64,000 nt of DNA from Mytilus californianus (taxonomy: Eukaryota): positions 2,852,001 to 2,916,000 of the forward strand of contig NW_026262581.1 of assembly GCF_021869535.1 (NCBI RefSeq), read 5' to 3'. Both the position numbers and the translations under genes were made by a program. Shown here in pieces: positions 50,767 to 61,100 of the stretch (position 1 is the first letter of the stretch; each line of letters begins with the position of its first letter). The notes under the pieces are model-generated. The model was not told where the DNA came from. It ran no database searches and saw nothing but the letters and a program-made list of their open reading frames with translations.

Positions 50767-51677
50767 TATACATAACTACAGATTTTTGTAACCCACTACA
50801 AATCTTTACCTAAGGATTAAATATAAATAAGAGGCTCATAGGAGCCTTATTTGCTCAAGAGTAAATTTCAGAAACTTTTGACAAATTTTAAAGCTATAGA
50901 TAACTTTGTTTTCAGCAATCTCCTTAAGTTTCAAAACATTTGGCCATGTAGTTTTAGACAAGATATTTGCCAAGTCAGAATCAAAAATTCTCTTTGTGAC
51001 TATGCTTTTCATTCCTTCATATAATAGGACCTATACATCATTCCTACAACCTTTGGGTAATTTGACTAGTAATGTCAAGAAAAGGATGACATTGTCATTT
51101 AACATAAACATGGTAAGGTTTCAATGGGAACCAACATTTATTGAGTATCAAAGAGAGTCTGTCAATTTTCAAACCTCTTACCATAAGTTTTAAACATGTT
51201 AAAACGTTTTGCAATGTAGTTTCAGAGATATAGATTACAAGTAAAAATTCAATTATACACTGTAACCTTTACAGTTATCCTTTGGTGGCAAAAGAAGAAT
51301 AATTATGTTTTAGAATTATTTGTCTCTGGTGACATACAAATTCTGGATTGTCATGCTTTCTCAGCACTAGTTGATTTATCACTGTCATTGATTACTGACC
51401 TAATACAGTTGTGACAAGGATTAGTTAAAAAAATGGAAAAAGTAATGTTTAATGTAAATGATAATGTATAAGTACATATCAGCAAGTTAAGCTTGGCAAT
51501 TAAAATTTATCTTTCAAGTTGGCATTCATTTACTTTGAAAGAAATACACACTGTTACTTTTTTAAACATAGCTTCTATGTTCAAGAAGGTTGTGATAACA
51601 TAAGAATTTCCATAAATTTGTTCTTATGTGCTTTCCCATGCTACAGTTTTATTCTTTGAAACTACATTTGTAATGTG

Positions 51678-51712
<35 letters not shown>

Positions 51713-51716
<4 letters not shown>

Positions 51717-52073
51717 AAGTCTAAATTGAAAACAACGTTCAAACCTATGATTGCGTTGGATAAAAACCGCAATTTTTATACATGTGCATGCAAAAACAAA
51801 TTTCTTGTTAGAGGGGTCTAAATACAGCACAAACAACATTTTCCAAAAGACCAAAAAAGTGAAAAAGTATATTTTAACAAAACGCATTTGACTAACAGGT
51901 CGAACAACAAATGTTCTTAAACCCTGCTGACTGCCATTGGCGATTGCCAAATAAACGGATCACAAGGTGTAATAAATGGATCTTAATTAAAAATTTAATA
52001 CCAAACAGAAAACAATAAACTTGCGGCAAAGATGGTATACCGCAAACAAAGGTGCAAAGATTTTTGTACACAA
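51713..52073 (-). mobile_element. Hammerhead-family element copy B (post-cleavage portion only), embedded in (TA)n
   Basis: Reverse complement of the 3' ~360 bp of the 540-bp unit. (TA)n on both sides (51682-51712, 52075-52090). Confidence 0.85.
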
Positions 52074-52316
52074 ATATATATATATATATATGAGATGAAT
52101 ATTAAGAGTTACCTCCCATACACCATGGATTTGACTATTTCATAACAAAAAATTAATTTCTGATGTTTCCCTTTAAGAACCATTTTTGTCATGCTCCAAA
52201 TTTTTTGTAAGCTATTTTTGGATCAGATAACAGTAAAACAACAGAAAACCAAGTAAATTCCATCCATATCACTGGGAGGAGTAGAGCCAGTAACCCCAAT
52301 GAACGGCCAATGCACA

Positions 52317-53185
52317 CAAATGATACCAAAATGAATGTTCCTTATGAGGTGATGACCAAGTGTTGTTACTTTGTAGCCGATCCATCATTCAAGATGGACG
52401 CCAGCAGGGGACTTCGTTTAACATAGGACCCTATGGACAATACATACAAATGTCTTCTTTTAGAGAACCACTGAATGGAATGACACCAAACATGGCATGA
52501 CTATTCCTTATGAGGTGCTTACCAAGTGTTGTTTCTTTGAAGCCGATCCATCATTCAAGATGGCCACCAGCGGGGGACTTCGTTTAACAAAGGACCCTAT
52601 GGAAATACATACAAATGTCTTCTTTTAGAGAACCATTGAATGGAATGAAACCAAACATAGTATGAGTGTTCCTTATGTAGTTGCAGACCAAGTGTTGTTA
52701 CTTTGAACCCAATCCATCATCCAAGATGGCCGCCAGAGGGGGACTTAGTTTAACAAAGGACCCTATGGACAATACATACAAATGTCTTCTTTTAGAGAAC
52801 CACTGATTGGAATGAAACCAAAAATGACATGAATGTTCCTTATGAGGTGCTGAATAAGTGTTGTTACTTTGTAGCTAATCCATCATCCAAGATGGCCACC
52901 AGAGAGGGACTTAGTTTAACATAGGACCCTATGGGAAATACATACAAATGTTTTCTTTTAGAGAACCACTGAATGGAATGAAACCAAACATGGAATGAAT
53001 GTTTCTTTTGAGGTGCTGACCAAGTGTTGTTACTTTGTAGCCGAACCATCATCCAAGATGGCCACCAGCAGGGGACTTAGTTTAACATAAGACCCTATGG
53101 TAAATACATACAAATGCTTCTTCTAGAGGAGCACTGAATGGAATGAAACCAAACATGGCATAAATGTTCTTTATGATGCTGATGA
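52317..53185. repeat. ~166-bp tandem array (~5 units), HINE/pearl-type central repeat
   Basis: TACATACAAATG recurs at 52441, 52606, 52773, 52939 and 53105. Confidence 0.9.
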
Positions 53186-53976
53186 AGACCTTAATACATG
53201 TATCTTTATAGATTGAGATCTACTGTAAACTGCAAAATATCAAGAAAAGAAGATCTACACATAAGTGAACATGAGCAAAACTCTCCACAAGAGACCAAAT
53301 GACATAGGAATTAACAACTAGAGGTCATGGTACGGCCTTCAAAAATGAGCAAAACCCATACTGCATAGTCAGCTATAAAAGGCCCCAAAATGACATATGT
53401 AAAACAATTCAAACAAGAAAACTAACAGCCTGATTTATGTACAAAATAATGGAGGAAAACAAATATGATATACAGCAACAAACAACAACCAGTCTAAATT
53501 GTTTTTAAAATTTTTACTCTCCATTTGCAAATACCATATATACTCTATTATCTGATTACCAATTTGTGCTCATTGTTGGAAGTTTTCATCAATTTTCACT
53601 CTTGGCATGAATTTTAAGGGACAAAAGATACATATTCAAATTCAACCTGAAAAAGAGTGACTAATTTTCTTTGAGCAATAGTGATCTTAATTCTGATATT
53701 GAACTTTCAATGACATTTTTAAATGGGAGTAAATTTGAAAATGTTAGATTTTAACTATCAATCCACCACAATATCTCAAGATTGCAACTATACTCTTGAG
53801 GACAGCAGAGACATGACAGATGCTTTGAAATAAATGATATATTTACATCAATAATTCCCTGAATATGAAATAGGAGGCCAGCCTTATGGTAACAAGCATC
53901 ACTCTTTTCTACAGTATCTGATTTCCACTAAGTTCATAAGGTATAAGTATATAGTACAAGATTAAATCAAATAAAG

Positions 53977-54078
53977 CTGTAGAAAGCGTGTGAAATCACC
54001 TGTAAGTAATTACGGGTAGAATTGCACCTGTAGAAAGTGTGTGAAATCACCTGTAAGTAATTACAGATAGAATTGCAT
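53977..54078. repeat. 51-bp tandem duplication
   Basis: CTGTAGAAAG.GTGTGAAATCACCTGTAAGTAATTAC... at 53977 and 54028. Confidence 0.85.
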
Positions 54079-54147
54079 ATTGCTAACCATTCACTGATTT
54101 AATTTGGTATTGATTTGACAATTTGTGCTCATCTTCATTTAATTTAT

Positions 54148-54340
54148 TGTTTGGTGATTTGTATAAAAGGTGTTTGTTTGGTGATTTGTATAACAGGTGT
54201 TTGTTTGGTGATTTGTATAACAGGTGTTTGTTTGGTGATTTGTATAACAGGTGTTTGTTTGGTGATTTGTATAACAGGTGTTTGTTTGGTGATTTGTATA
54301 ACAGGTGTATGTTTGGTGATTTGTATAACAGGTGTTTGTT
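54148..54340. repeat. 27-bp minisatellite (~7 units, GTGTTTGTTTGGTGATTTGTATAACAG)
   Basis: Near-identical head-to-tail units, which produce the repetitive ORFs at 54115 and 54123. Confidence 0.95.
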
Positions 54341-55101
54341 TTGTATAAATAATAAATGATATAAAGCGATTGATTTTAATAACTTATACTACTTGTATCA
54401 AATTTTCAAGCATACTTTTTGAGAGTCAGGAATATATTCATTATTGGTGTCTTTTAATGATATTTAACACTAAAAGATTGAATCTGCAGTTTTTTTTCTC
54501 AAAATATTACTATTAATGTGTGCACTGCATTTACAAAAAAATGCATGCCTTGGAAAAATGCAAAAAGACTTTTACCGTTGTTTTTTTTCGGTGTGTAATT
54601 CAAACAAATATACAATGATACAATCACTTAGATATACTCAGTCTTCCAAGTTATTATTTATTGTATATCAAAACATAAAATTCACCAAAGTAAACATTGA
54701 CATAATACATTCAAGAAATACTAGTAAATAATCAGACTTTAACTTTAAAGAAGGATCAATATACATACATTTTCATCACGTTGTATCTGAAAGTAAAATC
54801 AATTTTACCAATGATAATTATAAAGGTAATACTTTTGTTTCCTTTTCTTTTAATGATGCTTGGTATTACAATCAATTCTAAAGATAAAAAAAATTCTTTC
54901 AGATATACTGGCAATGGGACCAAAAATCAATACAAGCTTTGTATTTTAATGCATATGATTATCACCTAGTGTAGGGGACACAATGCTATTAATACTACAA
55001 GATTGTGTTATAATTTCAGGTACAGAACTTGGAGCAATGCGTACATTTGTACTTACCGGTATATAAAAAAGATAAATGAAGCGTTGTAGAAGAACAATGT
55101 C

Positions 55102-58100
55102 ATGAAGTTCCATTCTACTCATGGCACATCTGTGACACTGTCGGGGAACAAAACACTAGCAAATCGAGCTGAGGGAATATTTTGCAATGGGATGACCTTT
55201 GGTGATCAGCAGGTCAAAGTCAACCAGAAAGTATGTGTAGAATTATCAACCTCAACATCATGGAGTGGTGCTCTAGGTATTGGACTAACCACAAATAATC
55301 CATCAAAAATAAACCAATCAGAATTGCCTAGGTTTGCTTTTCGTAATTTAGTTGAGAAAGATGGTTACTGGATAAGAGCAGTTGCAGAAAAATGGATCAA
55401 GGAAAAGTCCAAGTTGATTGTATATCTAAGTTCTTCAGGAGCCCTTCAGTTATTTATAGATGGGGATTACAAAGGAGCATGGGTTACCAACATACCTACA
55501 GATAAACAGCTGTGGGTTGTTGTGGATATCTATGGGAATACAACCGGAGCCAAGCTAGTCAAACCAGGTCTGTCTAATATTCAGGTGGTCATATATAATA
55601 CTGTAAAGTTAGAAATTATTACAAATAATGCGACTGATTGTGTATCTCAATAATAAGAACTTGCATTCTGGAATCTGACACATACATTGTATATTTGTGT
55701 GCAGCTAGCCTGTAATTGCAATAATTATTTTCACATTATGGTCTGTTATGTTGAAATCGCAATAATAAACGCAGGAAATAATTTCTGAATGTATACATTG
55801 TAATACATCTTTCTAAATGAGTTAAATATGATAAAATTTTTGAATCATCTGACATGACCGAATTTTTTTTATAAAATATATTTGGTATTAAGATAATAGT
55901 TTTTTTATGTGTTAAATTTTATACTGCATCATGTGCATTATATTTACTACATAACATTTAGGATACCAATTTTATGTTCTCAGATTAAGGTTCTTGTTTT
56001 GGAAAATAAAAATCTTCAAAGAGAACCAGCTTTTTAGTGATACTAGAAGTACTTTAACAATATATGTTTTTCTTTTTAATGCTTAGTAATTTCCTTCCAT
56101 TGAATTTAAAATAGAACTTTACTTTTTCAATTAAAACTACTTGTTACCAAACATTTATAAGAATTGAATAGTAAAAATATGATTTTTTTTGTAGATGAAG
56201 CACCAAAAGAAATTCTTGCCAGAGGACCAGATGCTGTTATGGCCTATGAAGAGGCTTGTACCTCAGGGACCAAAGTTATCTACCGCAGTAGGCTAATGTT
56301 GGTTGGCCAAGACAGAGTTGGCAAAACAAGCCTTAAAAAATCCTTAATTGGACTAGAGTAAGTCTTTTATAAAAATGAGTGTGAAGAGAGGTTGAATCAT
56401 TTAAAAAATCAATAGATATAGATAGAAAGCATCACAATCACAATTATCCTTCAGCAGTTACTTTTAATACAAATGTATTATGGCCAAAAGGACCAGTGTG
56501 AGCAGTATAGCTACACTTGGTGTCCTGTGTATGTTGTCTGTTATGTTTTCTCATTTACTGATACTTACTAATATACTACAATGTCATGAAGTACTTTAAA
56601 CATGATTTGCAGGATAACGTTTTAGAAAAACCTTCATCCAAATTCATCCCTTATTCTGATTGGAAAAAAAATTTGGTCACCACTGGAATTCTTGATTCTG
56701 AAGAGTCAATTTAAGGTGAGGGTACCCAAAATGCACCTATTTTGACAGTTTTTTTCACCTACGTTTATTTATGATCCAGACGAAAGTTGCCATTCTGTGT
56801 TTATTTTGTAGATTTATCATTATTTACTATATAATTCCACCAATTTAATTTTGAATCCATATTGAATCATAGAAAAATGGGTTTGAACTGACCTCCAAAC
56901 GACCCATGATTCCAACATGAGGCCTACCCAAATTGTATCCATGCTTAAATTCACATCCGTCAAAATCTTATAACTCATGTTTTGTTTTATTTCTCTAAAT
57001 AATTAGAACAATTTGACAATAGTCAATGCTTACTATTCATTTTTTTCTCGCCTTGACAGAATCAAAAAGCGAGACATAGGTATGCTGTTTAAGGCGGCTG
57101 CAGCGTCAAAAATGTATTAGTTTGTGATTAGGTCTAGTTTATGGTGAACCACTAGTGGTAGGTCAATAATATTTGGTATACAGTTGTATTAGCATTGGCA
57201 CATCTCATTTCCATGGAGATTATATGGCCCTGCCCCCTCATTCATGGTCTATTGACTTTGAAACTTTTGCTTAGTTTACATGTATTAGTTTGTGATTAGG
57301 TCAGTTTATGGGGAACCACTAGTGGTAGGTCAATGATATTTGGTATGCAGTTGTATAAGCATTGGAATATCTCATTTCCATGGAGATTATTTGGCTCTGC
57401 CTCCTCAGTCATGGTCTATTGACTTTGAACTTTTGCTTAGTTTACATGTATTAGTTTGAGATTAGTTCAGTTCAAGGGTAACCATTAGTGGTAGGCCAAT
57501 GTTAATTGGTATGCAGTTGTATAAGCATTAGCACATCTCATTTCCATGGAGAATATTTGGCCCCGCCTCCCTCAGTCATGGTCCATTGACTTTGACACTT
57601 TTGCTTAGTTTAAATGTATTAGTTTGTGATTAGATCAGTTTAAATGAACTGCTTATGTTAAGTCAATGATATTTGGTTTGCAAATTTATTGGCATTTGCA
57701 AGTCTTGTATCAATGGAGATCATATAGCCCCAACCCTGCATCATAGTTCATTAACTTTGAAACTTTTACATTGTTTACAAGTTAATGTTTGTGTTTAGGT
57801 TGTATTGAAGGGAACAACTTATGATAAGTCAATGGTATTTGGTATGCAGTTGTATTAGCATTGGCACATCTCATTTCCATGGAGATTGTTTACCCATGTA
57901 CCTTCAGTCATGGTTCATTGACTTTGAATATTTGCACAACTTACATGTTAAAGTATTGCTATTTTAATTTCAACATTTGCATTATAGAATAACAAAAAGG
58001 TGAGAAATTTCTCTATGTTAACAGTTTATTTAAGAAATGGATGCCTGGAACATATTTTAATTGCTTATTTTTAAAAGTTGACTTTTTGTGGACGTTACAT

Positions 58101-61100
58101 AGCTTTTAACAATTTATGTGGACTGATAATTAAAAGACCTTTTAAACATCCTCGTTTGTACTAATATGTTGGCCTACACATGCTGTATTTAGACCCCTCT
58201 ACCAAGAAATTTGTTTTGCATGCACACGTTTAAAAATTGCGGTTTTTATCCAATGCAATCATAGGTTTGAACGTTGTTTTCAATTTAGACTTGTTTATAT
58301 TTTTTCGTTTGGGCTTGTATTATATTTGCCTTCGGGTTTATATGATCCGTTCATCCTATTCTACTCTTCAAAATTCAAGAGTCTATCCTAATTGAGGTAA
58401 ATTATATGGCCTTCCAAATACCGTTTCGATTCCTAACATCACTGAAGAGACATTAATCGTCGAAATCCGGATATGGTGTACTAATTTTTGCACCTTTTGT
58501 TTGTGGTATATCATCTTTTCCGCAAGTTTATTGTTTTCTGTTTGGTATTAAATTAATAGTTAGATCCATTTTGTTACATCTGGTGATCCGTTTATTTGGC
58601 AATCGCCAATGGCAGTCAGCAGGGTTTAAGAACATCCTTTGTTCGACCTGCTAGTCAAATGCGTTTTGTTAAAATATACTTTTTCACTTTTTTGGTCTTT
58701 TGAAAAATGTTGTTTGTGCTGTATTTAGACCCCTCTACCAAGAAATTTGTTTTGCATGCACACGTATAAAAATTTTGGTTTTTATCCAACGCAATCATAG
58801 GTTTGAACATTGTTTTCAATTTAGACTTGTTTATATATATATATATATATATGCATGAACTAATTTGTTTACCACCAATTTAGTTATGTGCATAATTTGA
58901 TGCTGTATGTCCATTTACACCATGGTTAATCTAATTTTCATCATCTTCTATGAAACTACATTTACAACTAGACCTAACTTGCCAGAAATAGTACATTTGT
59001 ATAACTGTGTATAGAAAATTTAGCCACTAGAAGAAAAAAATTGTTGGTTGCTTTTCAAATTTCTTTTCCTTAGAAACTGCAAAGTTGTTTGACCCACCTG
59101 GCCCAAAGGACCTTGAAAAGATTTTGCCATCACTTGATATCTGTCAGTTGTGGACTGTCATATACTGTAAATTCAGAAATTATTGCGAGGTTTTAATTAA
59201 TGCGACTACTTGAGTATCGCAATAATATGAACTCACATTCTATTATCAAATACATATATCTGTATGTAGCTTTTCCTGAAATTGCAATAATTAAAATCGC
59301 ATTTTGTTTATTTGTAAAAAATCACAATAATAAATGCACACAAAAATTTCTGAATTTACAGCAGTCATTTTTAAATCTTCCTCTCTGAAACTGCTGAACC
59401 CATTCAAACCAAACTTCACATGATTGATCCTTAGGGTGTCTTGATTATAGTTTGTGAATAATATTACTTCCTACATGCTAGAAATTTCAATGGAAGGCAA
59501 TATCAGCTCTCGAATGCAAATTCAAACTATGTTTTGATAAGTTATTAAAAATAGTATATCAAATATTACTTTGTTAAAAGTAGGAGAACACCCAACATGG
59601 TCATAGGAATAATCTGAACATTAAACAATGAAAAAATTTTAAAAAAATTAACACAAACACAGATTGAATAATATTCAATTGTATTATTCTATTTTTCCTT
59701 TCGAACTCATTAAATATGTGATACATTGATCTATATATATCATTTTCCATATCTGCCCTGGAACCATCCCCAGACCCATGCTATACATAAGGATAAAGCC
59801 CTTAGGCTTAAATGGTAGTGTCTTGCTCATATCATGAGCAATATGGAAAATACAAATTGAAAATCTATTATTTCAAATCTGCACAGAGAATAACATCTAA
59901 AAGTTAATGAAATTGTGTATGTATTGTTATCGTACTTTTGGAAATTCAATTAGTTATGAAACAGTTAAGAAACAGTGAAAATTATATGCAATTATCAGAT
60001 TTCTTTTAATTCATGTAAATTATTCATTATGCCATATTTGCGCAATTGGAAAAAAGTTTACATTAGTTTTATTATGTCAAATTATAGATTCCATGTAATT
60101 ACAATATTTATATTAAAGTTATTTTTTTCACAAAAATATGATACATGACGTAGTTTTGACATGTCGAAAGGAGTATAATAAAGTCTCTATATTATTTATA
60201 CCACCACCATCTTGTGACAATGCTTAAGATAAACCTCAACTTGGTTCTTATACAGTCATTTTAGTTATCATCTTACATGGGGGATGAAAGACCTTGGAGA
60301 AATGAAAAAAATAGCAACCAAAATGTGTACCAAACTTATTTTTTATTAAATTTAGCTTTTTTTATTACTTTTCTATGAGGTAACTTGAAAATGGTTTACT
60401 CAACTTTGATATCATAGATGAACTTTTTTACCAACCAAAATGTCTTTGGCAGCCATTAGCCTTAAGCACAAAAATTGCCCATGTTTTTTTTATTGTCAAC
60501 ACTGCCTCAGCTGGCTGTTGTACATCTGTAGTTAGGCAAGTTACATTATCATTATCTCCTCTGAAATCATTTCTCCAATTTACACCAAACTTGTCAGGAA
60601 TAATAAGATACAGATCTGATTGAGAAATGATATTTTGCTTATTATTTTAGACACAATGTCAATGAAGAGGCTACAGATGGTATAGATCTGTCATTTTCTT
60701 GCTCATTTAATCTGTCCCAAAAGTCGGAATGGCAATCTGCAATCTCTGGTAACAAGAACCACCAAGAACAGTGTAACAGGGACCAGTCAGAAAGTATAGG
60801 TAATCTCTTTAATGTTTTTAGAGAATGTTTGTCTATAATAAAACTGCTTATATGTAAAGAAGAAGATGTGATTTTCTAAAGACAACTATTTACAATTAAC
60901 AGCAGAATGAGGTGGTTACTCTCTAAACCTAAACTGATGACTGTATGACATTTTTGAAAGGGGAAAAGAACATTTTTGAGATGTGATTTTTAGCAAAATT
61001 TGATGGGACATGAAAATGTTATATATATCTTTAAGCTTATTCAGATAAGAAAAAATCTTTTCTGTTGAATCAAAGGATACTCAGATTAACCTCCTCATTT

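Noticed and set aside
54115-54359. ORFs 54115 and 54123 with Cys-rich repeats
   Set aside because: These are translations of the 27-bp minisatellite, with no splice or start context.
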